Virus record (IMG/VR): IMGVR_UViG_3300045988_065836 | Location: 1 to 36,911 of that record | From: a virus | Reading direction: 5' to 3' (one strand) | DNA: 36,911 nucleotides | Shown here: positions 1-7,395 of the stretch, one piece after another | How the letters are laid out: every line of letters begins with the position of its first letter | How positions within the stretch are numbered: the first letter of the stretch is position 1 | Notes under the pieces: generated by a model | What the model was told of the DNA's origin: nothing | Databases searched by the model: none | The model's input: only the letters and a program-made list of their open reading frames with translations | Translations under genes and position numbers: made by a program

Positions 1-119
1 AGAAGGTACGAGGCCAAGAAGAAATTACTGGCCGCCCGGGGCCTGACCCCGGCGGCCTATGAAAAGGCACTGCGGGAGCTGACCCAAAAGCTAAAACTGT
101 AGGCCGTCACCCCGCCCCG
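1..119. repeat. Terminal direct repeat copy 1 (119 bp), identical to 36793..36911; signature of a circular or terminally redundant genome
   Basis: Bases 1-119 (agaaggtacgagg...gtcaccccgccccg) recur exactly at 36793-36911, which ends the window. Implied unit length is 36792 bp. Confidence 0.95.
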
Positions 120-349
120 TCCATCTGGGCGGGGCTCTTTTTTTGCCCTCTTTCGTCGGTCTCGCCCATCAGGTAGGGCACGGAAACACCAAAATAGTCA
201 GCAAGCACCTTTTGACTTGCGGCATTGGGGGTTCTCCCTTGCCGCCATAGCCCGAACTGATTTTTATTTAGTCCACAATCAGCGAGTACCTGCTTTTCCT
301 TGATGCCCTTTTCTTCCGTCAAGGCTGTAATACGCTCAATAAATGTCAT
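107..349 (-). CDS. XRE-family HTH transcriptional repressor (cI-like)
   Basis: ATG at 349 is preceded by GGAGGT (complement of 357-362). The product MTFIERITALTEEKGIKEKQVLADCGLNKNQFGLWRQGRTPNAASQKVLADYFGVSVPYLMGE is a classic HTH_3 fold. It is divergent from the early promoter. Confidence 0.85.
   Translation of the reverse strand: MTFIERITALTEEKGIKEKQVLADCGLNKNQFGLWRQGRTPNAASQKVLADYFGVSVPYLMGETDERGQKKSPAQMDGAG
110..144 (+). terminator. Rho-independent terminator ending the DnaB operon
   Basis: 8-bp GC stem CCCCGCCC (110-117) / GGGCGGGG (127-134) with a 9-nt loop, followed by CTC and a T7 run (138-144). It lies just after the TAG of the small ORF (100-102 in this copy). Confidence 0.7.
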
Positions 350-359
350 TTGGCTTACC

Positions 360-508
360 TCCAACGTTTTTCCAATAAGTTGGAAAAAAAATCCAAATAG
401 CACTTGACAAATCCTACTTGTTGGATTATAATGTAACTGTAGTTAAGAGCTACCTACAATATAACACACAAACCTAAAAATTTCAAGGATTTGGATAACA
501 ATTTTGGA
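360..508. promoter_or_regulatory. Cluster of TTGGA/TCCAA half-sites (putative operators)
   Basis: TCCAA occurs at 360, 372 and 392. TTGGA occurs at 380, 421, 491 and 504. This forms TCCAA-N4-TTGGA-N7-TCCAA (372-396) and AATCC-N8-GGATT (410-427) inside the promoter spacer. Confidence 0.45.
404..432 (+). promoter_or_regulatory. Consensus sigma-70/SigA-type early rightward promoter
   Basis: TTGACA at 404-409, an exactly 17-nt spacer, and TATAAT at 427-432, in the divergent region between the repressor and the first rightward ORF. Confidence 0.7.
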
Positions 509-517
509 GATAATAAC

Positions 518-679
518 ATGAGCAACCAAGACATCTTCGATTTTCTGGCTGACACAGAAAAAACGCTCTTTTACGCATGGTGCAATGACAAAGACAACGG
601 TGCCTTGCAGAAAGCCCATGAATCCGTAAAGGAAGCACTTAAAGCTTTCGCAATGGCTACCGGATGCCGCAACCGCTAA
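518..679 (+). CDS. Hypothetical early protein (first rightward gene)
   Basis: ATG 518 lies 8 nt after GGAGA (505-509). The 53-aa product begins MSNQDIFDFLADTEK. No recognisable motif. Confidence 0.55.
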   Translation: MSNQDIFDFLADTEKTLFYAWCNDKDNGALQKAHESVKEALKAFAMATGCRNR

Positions 680-729
680 TGTACAACCGGGCGGGGCAAC
701 CCGCCCGACACAAGAAAGGATAGATAACA

Positions 730-939
730 ATGAAGGTACGGCAATTCTTGAACAAAATGCTTTATGCATCCAGCACAATCAAGCACATTTATGTTGTCCA
801 GGGAACTCAAAAAACCGAACTTTTTGGAGTGGTCAGCGACCCTATGGCTACTGATTCGGCTTATGAAGATCAATTAAACGCACGACTTATTTCATTCCGT
901 ATTGCCAATGATAAATTAACCATTTATAGCAGCAAATAA
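730..939 (+). CDS. Hypothetical protein
   Basis: ORF-track 69-aa ORF with an ATG start and AAAGGA upstream. AT-rich early region. Confidence 0.55.
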   Translation: MKVRQFLNKMLYASSTIKHIYVVQGTQKTELFGVVSDPMATDSAYEDQLNARLISFRIANDKLTIYSSK

Positions 940-1154
940 CGAGCCGAAACGGCCTGCGGGCCGTCACCAGGAACCGCCCCACCTGGTCCGATGATGGCAG
1001 GGCAGCAGCGACAAGATGAGCGCCACCGATTTTATGGCCTGGGTCTTGGAGAAAAACTCCCCATGTAAAAGGGTAAGACCACCTTGGGAAATGCTTGTTG
1101 TGGCTTTGGCTGCTCCCCCCTGCCAGGGGCAAGACGAACAAGGAGGTGCGCAAG

Positions 1155-1463
1155 ATGCCGAGAATCAGGCAGCTGGCCGGGAAGTACGCCGCTGAGGATG
1201 CAGAGAAAGCCAAGGCCGCATTTCAGGTGGCGATTGGGATGCAGGCGAATAAAACCTGGTATCCATCCAACCGGGAGCTGGAAAACGATATGGAGGTATC
1301 CCGCACAACCGTAGGAACCTACCGGAAGAACCCCGAGGCTATGCCGGTATCCGCGATGAAACGCTTCGTGGAGTTGATGAAGCCGGACATTTCGGTGGTG
1401 CTGAAATTCCTGGGGTATTCAGACAAGGAAATTCGGAAGTTTGTCAGGGAAAACTCAAATTGA
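1155..1463 (+). CDS. Hypothetical protein, possible HTH DNA-binding protein
   Basis: Internal ATG 1155 is preceded by AAGGAGGTG. The segment ELENDMEVSRTTVGTYRKNPEAMP looks like a helix-turn-helix. Confidence 0.55.
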   Translation: MPRIRQLAGKYAAEDAEKAKAAFQVAIGMQANKTWYPSNRELENDMEVSRTTVGTYRKNPEAMPVSAMKRFVELMKPDISVVLKFLGYSDKEIRKFVRENSN

Positions 1464-1489
1464 CGGCAGCCGGGAAAGACCGGCAACAT

Positions 1490-1558
1490 GGGGAGCATCT
1501 GGAAGATGCGGTGAATCAGCTGTAGCTGCGGTGAGTTCGATTCCGCCGCTCCCCACCA
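1490..1558 (+). ncRNA. tRNA-like element (7-bp acceptor stem, T-arm-like GAGTTCGATTCC, discriminator A, encoded CCA); not a canonical cloverleaf
   Basis: GGGGAGC (1490-1496) pairs with GCTCCCC (1548-1554), followed by A-CCA (1555-1558). The T-loop TTCGATT has a stem GGTG(A)G/CCGCC carrying one bulge. I could not fold standard D and anticodon arms. Flanked by hairpins. Confidence 0.4.
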
Positions 1559-1559
1559 T

Positions 1560-1597
1560 GGCAGGCATTGAGCCGCCTGCCGGAATACCTTCTTTTT
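1560..1597 (+). terminator. Hairpin plus T-run directly after the tRNA-like element
   Basis: GGCAGGC (1560-1566) / GCCTGCC (1575-1581) with an 8-nt loop. A T6 run at 1592-1597 sits 10 nt downstream, which is non-ideal spacing. Confidence 0.4.
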
Positions 1598-1676
1598 TAG
1601 TTTTGTTGGCAGCACGGAACAGACGGCCCCGAGCCGGGCGGGTTATCCTGGCAAACAGAAAAGGACGGATTTGAAA

Positions 1677-1937
1677 ATGATGCTAAGCGAAATTATCAAC
1701 GATTTGAAGCCAGAGGAAGCCGCAAAGATGCGGCTACTATGCCAGCAATTCAAACGCTGCCGGGCGGATCTGATCGAGGAGAAAAAGGAAAACGAGGCCT
1801 TAAAAGCCCAGGTTGCGGACCTTCGGCGGCAGCTGGACGAAACTGAGCGGATGAACCAGGACGGTGACAAAGCTTTTTTGCAGCTGGTAAACCGTAACCG
1901 CACAACGCCACGGCAGGAGGTGTACCGGTTTGGATGA
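1677..1937 (+). CDS. Hypothetical coiled-coil protein
   Basis: ATG 1677 follows AAAGGA. The product is rich in heptad-like charged repeats (EEKKENEALKAQVADLRRQLDETER). Confidence 0.55.
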   Translation: MMLSEIINDLKPEEAAKMRLLCQQFKRCRADLIEEKKENEALKAQVADLRRQLDETERMNQDGDKAFLQLVNRNRTTPRQEVYRFG

Positions 1938-1944
1938 CGAGATC

Positions 1945-2046
1945 ATGGCGGTGATTGAAAAACAGCGCGAGGAACGGGAAAAACTGAATATCTCCCTGGT
2001 TCTGGCCGTCGCCGCTGTAGTGATCTATACGATCATCAGCCTGTAG
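1945..2046 (+). CDS. Possible 33-aa membrane peptide
   Basis: Product is MAVIEKQREEREKLNISLVLAVAAVVIYTIISL. It fills the gap between neighbouring genes and has no strong RBS. Confidence 0.3.
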   Translation: MAVIEKQREEREKLNISLVLAVAAVVIYTIISL

Positions 2047-2057
2047 GGGGTGCGCAA

Positions 2058-2285
2058 ATGGAACGATTTGTGGAGCCCTGGGAGCTGGAAGACCGGCGGC
2101 AGGCGCGGGCCGACAAAGGCGCAATCAAATGCGACTGCTGCGGCGGCGAAATCCGCGTGGGTGAAGAAAAATACACACTGTATGTCGGCAAAATACCGCT
2201 GACGGTGTGCAAGAGTTGCAAAGGCGACATGGTAAGTTCCGTGGATATCCACGGGCTGCCGGACGATATGGAATATTGGGGGTGA
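2058..2285 (+). CDS. Small Zn-ribbon protein (hypothetical)
   Basis: CDCCGGE...CKSCKG gives two CxxC pairs. ATG follows AGGGGG. Confidence 0.6.
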   Translation: MERFVEPWELEDRRQARADKGAIKCDCCGGEIRVGEEKYTLYVGKIPLTVCKSCKGDMVSSVDIHGLPDDMEYWG

Positions 2286-2289
2286 GAAA

Positions 2290-2484
2290 ATGGACAGCAT
2301 CAACTACAGGCGGCTTGCAGAGCTGCGGGAGGGAATGGGCCTGACCCAGACCGAGCTTGCAGACAGGGTGTATGTCACCTGCCAGATGATTAACCAGGTG
2401 GAGCACGGGGTAAAAGTTCCCTCCGTTCCCCTGCTAAAGCGAATTGCAGCGGTTCTGAACGTTCCCGCTGCGGAGCTTATGTAA
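2290..2484 (+). CDS. XRE-family HTH protein (Cro/antirepressor-like)
   Basis: LAELREGMGLTQTELADRVYVTCQMINQVEHGVKVPSVPLLKRIAAVLNV is a canonical HTH_3 motif. Confidence 0.8.
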   Translation: MDSINYRRLAELREGMGLTQTELADRVYVTCQMINQVEHGVKVPSVPLLKRIAAVLNVPAAELM

Positions 2485-2587
2485 AAAGCCGCCCCCGGTC
2501 GTGACACCGGGAGCGGCAAGGGCAGAAAGGAAATATGGAAATATTGAAATCATGGCCATTATAGCCGAAAAGAAAGGAAATGTCAAG

Positions 2588-3073
2588 ATGTTGAGCCTAT
2601 ATGATATGAACCAGGAGTGGCAGAACGTGTTTGAAATGCTGCTTGATCCGGATATCCCGGAAGATGCGGTATATGATACGCTGGAAATGATTGAGGCGGA
2701 CATGGATTCCAAGGCCGATGGCTACGCTAAGATCATCAAGAGCATGGAGGGAGACGCAAGCCAGATCGACGAGGAGATCAAGCGGCTGCAAAATCGCAAG
2801 GCCTCCATTTCCAAGCGAAAAGAGTGGATGAAATCCAGGCTGTACGACACCATGAAGTCCACAGGGCGTACAAAATTTAAAACACCGCTATTTTCTTTCG
2901 CAATCCAGAAAAACGGCGGTGCCAAGCCTGTGGACCTGACAGGCGTAGTTCCCAGCGAATGGCTGAAACCGGGCGAGCCCGACACGAAGCGCATCCGGGA
3001 GTACCTGGAAGCCGGAAACGAACTGCCATTCGCCGTCCTGGGTGACCGGGGCGAGAGCCTGCGGATACGGTGA
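2588..3073 (+). CDS. Siphovirus Gp157-family protein
   Basis: LSLYDMNQEWQNVFEMLLD...IKRLQNRKASISKRKEWMKSRL...KTPLFSFAIQKN...GESLRIR matches the Gp157 pattern as I remember it. The start is uncertain: 2588, or 2552 as an alternative. Confidence 0.7.
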   Translation: MLSLYDMNQEWQNVFEMLLDPDIPEDAVYDTLEMIEADMDSKADGYAKIIKSMEGDASQIDEEIKRLQNRKASISKRKEWMKSRLYDTMKSTGRTKFKTPLFSFAIQKNGGAKPVDLTGVVPSEWLKPGEPDTKRIREYLEAGNELPFAVLGDRGESLRIR

Positions 3074-3164
3074 TTGCCATGGACGAGGAAATTTACATGG
3101 ATGCAAGAGTTCACCGGCCCAAAGCTGATGGACTGATTGAAAAGGACAAGGAGGGTGATCGGTA

Positions 3165-3791
3165 ATGGGCATTCCGGTACTTATTTTGGGCGAATCCGGC
3201 AGCGGAAAGAGCGCAAGCCTGCGGAACTTTGAACCGAACGATGTAAGCATTATCAATGTTGCAGGGAAGCCTCTTCCCTTCCGAAAAAAGCTATCTGTTT
3301 TTAATTCCGCTGACTATGGCAAAATTTGCGCAGCAATCAAAGGGAGCCCCAAAAAAGCTTTTGTGATTGACGACAGCCAATACCTGATGTGTTTTGAGGC
3401 TTTTGCCAAAGCCAAGGAAACCGGCTACGGCAAATATACGGATATGGCTCTGCATTTTTACAATTTGGTGCAGTTCGTGATCCAGCAGCTTCCGCCGGAC
3501 GTAATTGTCTACTTCCTGCATCACACCGACCAGGATGGGAACACCGGGAAAATCCGAGCGAAGACGCTGGGCAAAATGCTGGACAATCAGCTTACCGTCG
3601 AAGGGCTTTTCTCCATCGTTTTGCTGTGCTGGACAGATGGAAAACGGCACGTGTTTCAAACGCAGTCCGACGGCCTGACAACCTGCAAATCTCCCATGGA
3701 AATGTTCCCTGCGGAGATCGACAACGACCTGAAAATGGTAGATCAAACAATCCGTGAATATTACGGATGGAATAAGAAAGGAAATGTGTAA
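3165..3791 (+). CDS. AAA_24 / Sak4-like RecA-family ATPase (recombination)
   Basis: Walker A GESGSGKS at the N-terminus and Walker B-like FVIDD. It sits between Gp157 and the DUF669 SSB, as in Sak4 modules. Confidence 0.8.
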   Translation: MGIPVLILGESGSGKSASLRNFEPNDVSIINVAGKPLPFRKKLSVFNSADYGKICAAIKGSPKKAFVIDDSQYLMCFEAFAKAKETGYGKYTDMALHFYNLVQFVIQQLPPDVIVYFLHHTDQDGNTGKIRAKTLGKMLDNQLTVEGLFSIVLLCWTDGKRHVFQTQSDGLTTCKSPMEMFPAEIDNDLKMVDQTIREYYGWNKKGNV

Positions 3792-3793
3792 AA

Positions 3794-4414
3794 ATGATTC
3801 AGAAACCGAACAATTGGGAGAACGTCAGAGCGTTTAGCGATTCCCGCAAGCTGCCCCTGGGAGCTTATGTGTGTATTATCAAGCAGGCAGTTGTAAAGCA
3901 GACGGATTACGGCGATCAGCTGTGTATCCTGTTTGATATCTCCGAGGGCGAATGGGCCGGATATTACCAGGACGATTTCGACAACAACACCCGGGATGAC
4001 AAGAAATGGAAAGGTGTTCTGCGGCAGTTTTTGCCGAAGAACGATGGCAGCGAAAAGGACGAATGGGCAAAATCCATGCTGAAAGGGCTTACCACCGCCG
4101 TGGAAGAATCCAACCGAGGCTATGCCTGGAATTGGGACGAAAAAAGCCTTGCTGGAAAAGAAATCGGAATCCTTATGCGGAATGAGGAATGGGAGTACAG
4201 CGGGAAACACGGGTGGGCCGTGCGCCCCTTCCGGGCGATCAGCGTTGATAGCGTTGGAGATGGCTCCTTTACGCTGCCTAAGGACAAGCCACTGAAAAAC
4301 AAATCGGTGGACGTGTACGGTGGGGCGACAGCCCCTGAGTTTGGCGGCTACAATACCGCGCCTGCATCTGATTTCCAGATGCTTGTAGACGATGATACCC
4401 GGCTCCCATTTTAA
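3794..4414 (+). CDS. DUF669-type phage single-stranded DNA-binding protein
   Basis: Position after the Sak4-like ATPase, and an acidic SSB-type C-terminal tail ending in DDDTRLPF. Confidence 0.7.
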   Translation: MIQKPNNWENVRAFSDSRKLPLGAYVCIIKQAVVKQTDYGDQLCILFDISEGEWAGYYQDDFDNNTRDDKKWKGVLRQFLPKNDGSEKDEWAKSMLKGLTTAVEESNRGYAWNWDEKSLAGKEIGILMRNEEWEYSGKHGWAVRPFRAISVDSVGDGSFTLPKDKPLKNKSVDVYGGATAPEFGGYNTAPASDFQMLVDDDTRLPF

Positions 4415-4417
4415 ACT

Positions 4418-4795
4418 ATGCGGAGCAAATACGGCAGCCGGAAACAAACGGTTTCCGGGATAACCTTTGACAGCCGCAGAGAGGCCAGACGGTTCCAGGA
4501 GCTTCGGCTTCTGGAACTGGCCGGGCAAATCTCTGGTTTGCGGTTGCAGGTAAAATACGTTCTGATTCCCACCCAGCGAGCACCGAGTTTTGAGGTCTAT
4601 AAGCGCGGCCCGAAAAAGGGCCGCAGGAAGCCCGGGGAAGTCCTGGAAAAGGAATGTTCCTACATTGCGGACTTTGTTTACACAAAGGGCGACGAAACCG
4701 TTGTGGAGGACGCAAAGGGCGTAAGAACAAAAGAATATATCATCAAGCGAAAGCTGATGCTGGAACGGTACGGAATCCGGATAAAGGAAGTGTAA
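4418..4795 (+). CDS. DUF1064-family protein (predicted PD-(D/E)xK-like nuclease/resolvase)
   Basis: KYGSRKQTVSGITFDSRREARRFQELRLLELAG...YIADFVY...VVEDAKG...YIIKRKL matches the DUF1064 pattern. Confidence 0.7.
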   Translation: MRSKYGSRKQTVSGITFDSRREARRFQELRLLELAGQISGLRLQVKYVLIPTQRAPSFEVYKRGPKKGRRKPGEVLEKECSYIADFVYTKGDETVVEDAKGVRTKEYIIKRKLMLERYGIRIKEV

Positions 4796-4797
4796 GC

Positions 4798-5523
4798 GTG
4801 AGAACACAATTTACATTTTACGAAAGCTTTTACAAGGCCATCAGCCGAATCAAGAAAAAGGCTGATCGTGCCGACGCTTACGATATCATATGCTCCTACG
4901 CGCTTTTTCAAGAAGAGCCTGATTTGGATTCTGTTTCGGACGCTGTAGCGATTGCTTTTGAGTTGCTTCGGCCTATTTTGGATAAAGCCAGAGAAAAGGC
5001 CGAAAACGGGAAAAACGGTGGAAGCAAACCGAAAGCAAACGCTAAGCAAAGCGAAAGCAAAACGGAAGCAAACGCTAAGGTAGAGCAAGCCGTAAGCAAG
5101 AAAGAGAAAGAGAAAGAGAAAGAGGTAGAGATAGAGGTAGAGAAAGAGATAGATAATATACATCCTACGGATGTTTGCGCGGAGCTGCCGAGCAGCCCCC
5201 CGCCTGCTGCGGTGCTGCCGCTGGTTGATGGCTCTGATTTCCCGATTGCCCAGGAAACGGTGGACGAGCTTTCGAGGCTTTACCCGGCTGTTGACGTAGA
5301 CCAACAGCTGCGGAATATGCGGGGCTGGCTTTTGGCAAACCCCAAGAATCGCAAAACCAAAGCCGGAATCATGCGGTTTGTAAACTCCTGGCTTTCCCGG
5401 GAGCAGAACCAGGCACGGCCGCAGAACCGGCAGCAATTCCAGGAAGGCACAAAGGCCAAGGAGCTTGATAAATTTTATGGCATGGCCGCAGATTGGGTCA
5501 GCAGCCGGGAGGTGACGGGATGA
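4798..5523 (+). CDS. Putative replisome organiser / replication initiator (DUF6291-like N-terminus, DnaD-like C-terminus)
   Basis: GTG 4798 follows AAGGAAG. The N-terminus is FTFYESFYKAISRI...ICSYALFQEEPDL. The C-terminus is LRNMRGWLLANPKNRKTKAGIMRFVNSWLSREQ. ATGA-coupled to the loader gene. Confidence 0.6.
   Translation: MRTQFTFYESFYKAISRIKKKADRADAYDIICSYALFQEEPDLDSVSDAVAIAFELLRPILDKAREKAENGKNGGSKPKANAKQSESKTEANAKVEQAVSKKEKEKEKEVEIEVEKEIDNIHPTDVCAELPSSPPPAAVLPLVDGSDFPIAQETVDELSRLYPAVDVDQQLRNMRGWLLANPKNRKTKAGIMRFVNSWLSREQNQARPQNRQQFQEGTKAKELDKFYGMAADWVSSREVTG
5101..5154. repeat. Nine tandem purine-rich hexamers (aaagag x4, gtagag, atagag, gtagag, aaagag, atagat)
   Basis: Read directly from the sequence. 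The repeat encodes KEKEKEKEVEIEVEKEID inside the initiator gene. A 13-nt direct repeat AGCAAACGCTAAG lies just upstream at 5034 and 5067. Confidence 0.85.
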
Positions 5524-6119
5524 ACGCACAGGAATTCGCGAATTTTGCCGCAGCGCTGCGGACGTACTACAGCCGGGAAAACATCCTGCCGAACAAGCAG
5601 GCAATGGAACTCTGGTTTCGGCAGCTGCAAGATATCCCCTACGAGGCAGCGGAGGCAATCCTGAGCAAGTGGGTTGCGACAAACAAATGGTCACCGTCCA
5701 TCGCTGATATCCGGGACGGTATGGCCGAAATCCAGAACGGCGGAGCTGCTGAGGACTGGGGCGAGGGGTGGAATAAGGCCATGGCAGCAATCCGCAAATA
5801 TGGCAGCTACAACGAGGCGGAAGCCCTGGATTCGTTGCCGCCCCTGACGCGGGAGACCGTGCGGCGGCTGGGCTATAAGAGCCTGTGTTGGAGCGAGAAT
5901 CAGATTGCAGATCGGGCGAATTTTCGGCAGGTGTATGAAATCCTGGAAAAACGGCAGGTAGAGGATCGCAAAATCCCGCTGCCGGTACGGGAGAAAATCG
6001 CCGGGCTTACGGCCAGATTTGCCAAGCCGCTGGAAGTGGAAACCCAGGCACTCCCTCGCCCTCTGGATGATGATGAACGGGCGGCCATCCGCCGCATGAT
6101 GGAAGGAAACACTGCATGA
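5520..6119 (+). CDS. G39P-like replicative helicase loader
   Basis: ATGA overlap with the upstream gene. ELWFRQLQDIPYEAAEAILSKWVATNKWSPSIADIRD resembles the SPP1 G39P loader family. Confidence 0.6.
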   Translation: MNAQEFANFAAALRTYYSRENILPNKQAMELWFRQLQDIPYEAAEAILSKWVATNKWSPSIADIRDGMAEIQNGGAAEDWGEGWNKAMAAIRKYGSYNEAEALDSLPPLTRETVRRLGYKSLCWSENQIADRANFRQVYEILEKRQVEDRKIPLPVREKIAGLTARFAKPLEVETQALPRPLDDDERAAIRRMMEGNTA

Positions 6120-6502
6120 GCAAATGCAAAATCTGTCACACGTCCCACACCTGGGACGAGCTGGACGACCGGGGCCGCTGTCGCTCCTGTCATGACGCGT
6201 ACATGGCCACCCGGAACGGCCTCCACTACGGCGATTACATGGCCGCCAAACCCCGGCCCTATGTGCTTCCGGCGGCGGTCACGCCCCTGCGGGAGCTGCC
6301 GATTATGAATCCCGAAAAGGTCTGCCGTATCTGCGGCAAGCCCATTCCGCCGGAAAGCGGGCGGCGCACTCTGTGCAGCCTGGAATGTCAGGCGGAATTC
6401 AACCGGCAGTCGGCAAAAGCCGCCCATGACAAGGCCAAAGCAGCCAAGGCGGCCAAAGAAAAGCCCCTGCGCCGCTGCCTGGAAAGCGAGGCGGAGGAAT
6501 GA
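6116..6502 (+). CDS. Zn-finger protein (hypothetical)
   Basis: CKIC...CRSC and CRICG...CSLEC cysteine pairs. ATGA overlaps at both ends. Confidence 0.6.
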   Translation: MSKCKICHTSHTWDELDDRGRCRSCHDAYMATRNGLHYGDYMAAKPRPYVLPAAVTPLRELPIMNPEKVCRICGKPIPPESGRRTLCSLECQAEFNRQSAKAAHDKAKAAKAAKEKPLRRCLESEAEE

Positions 6503-6843
6503 GCGAACTCAACGAAAAAGTTCAGGCCAGCATCCAGCGCATGAAGGTCTTTGAACCACCGGAGGGCTATCTGCTGGCTTTCTCAGGCGGCAAGGACAGC
6601 GTTGTACTCAAGGCCCTGGCGGATATGTCGGGGGTGAAATACACGGCCCACTACAACGTGACCAGCGTAGACCCGCCTGAGCTGGTACGTTTCATCCGGG
6701 AGAAATACCCGGATGTGGCGTGGGAATATCCCAGGTACAACGACGGGAAACGGATTACAATGTGGAATCTGATTCCTCGGAAATATCTGCCGCCCACCAG
6801 AGTTGTACGCTACTGCTGCTCCAACCTGAAAGAATTTTTCTGA
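6499..6843 (+). CDS. PAPS-reductase-family PP-loop ATPase, N-terminal segment, ending at an in-frame TGA
   Basis: PP-loop motif AFSGGKDS, then RYCCSNLKEFF before the stop. The family normally continues with a Gly-rich linker and TGVRWAES. Confidence 0.85.
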   Translation: MSELNEKVQASIQRMKVFEPPEGYLLAFSGGKDSVVLKALADMSGVKYTAHYNVTSVDPPELVRFIREKYPDVAWEYPRYNDGKRITMWNLIPRKYLPPTRVVRYCCSNLKEFF

Positions 6844-6918
6844 GCCGGACGATATACGCTTACCGGTGTTCGCTGGGCGGAATCGAGCCGGAGAGCCGCC
6901 GCCCATGGGCTGCTGACC

Positions 6919-7395
6919 ATGCCGAATGCAAGGCCAAAAACCACTCCGGACGGGTTTGAACGTTCCAAACGTGGCGGTATCATCCTGAACAACGATAACG
7001 ACGATGCCCGCCGGGTGCTTGAAACCTGTTACGCAAAACAGAAAAAGATGGTCAACCCCATTGTTGACTGGGAAGACAGCGACATTTGGGAGTTCATCAA
7101 GGCTGAAAATGTGCCTTACTGCGGCCTTTACGACGAGGGTTTCAAGCGGCTTGGGTGCATCGGCTGTCCCATGGCTGGGAAACACCGGAAAATAGAGTTT
7201 GATCGTTGGCCGAGATACAAACAGCTGTACCTAAACGCATTCGCACGGATGCAGGAGGCCAGAGTTGCCGCTGGGAAAGCGCCGCTTTGTGCTGATTGGG
7301 TGCAAAATCCAACACCCCAGGATATTTTCGACTGGTGGATGGAGGAACCGTGGCTCATCGGGCAGATGTCGATGTTTGAGGACGGTGAAAAATGA
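6919..7395 (+). CDS. PAPS-reductase-family protein, C-terminal segment (same frame as 6499..6843; homology resumes at 6844)
   Basis: The frame is open from 6844 (AGRYTLTGVRWAESSRR...). It contains NPIVDWEDSDIWEFI, PYCGLYDEGFKRLGCIGCPMAG. The first ATG is at 6919. Confidence 0.85.
   Translation: MPNARPKTTPDGFERSKRGGIILNNDNDDARRVLETCYAKQKKMVNPIVDWEDSDIWEFIKAENVPYCGLYDEGFKRLGCIGCPMAGKHRKIEFDRWPRYKQLYLNAFARMQEARVAAGKAPLCADWVQNPTPQDIFDWWMEEPWLIGQMSMFEDGEK

Noticed and set aside
1490-1558. Calling the element a functional tRNA, for example a suppressor for the in-frame stops
   Set aside because: There is no 5-bp/7-nt anticodon arm and no CTA or properly placed TCA anticodon. The D arm cannot be formed and the T stem is bulged. 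I kept it only as a tRNA-like ncRNA.
5101-5154. Short tandem repeats as a possible CRISPR array or minisatellite
   Set aside because: The units are 6 bp with no spacers, they lie in frame inside a coding region (a KE/VE repeat), and there are no cas genes. It is not a CRISPR array.
3761-5790. Long minus-strand ORFs 3761..4807 (348 aa) and 4678..5790 (370 aa)
   Set aside because: They are antisense to the SSB, DUF1064 and replisome-organiser genes. Their composition is not protein-like and they lack translation signals.
6841-6900. Selenocysteine insertion at the TGA in the PAPS-reductase-like gene
   Set aside because: The aligned position is a linker Gly in my recollection of the family, not a catalytic Cys. 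Downstream there are only weak 4-bp CCGG stems, with no convincing SECIS-like hairpin.
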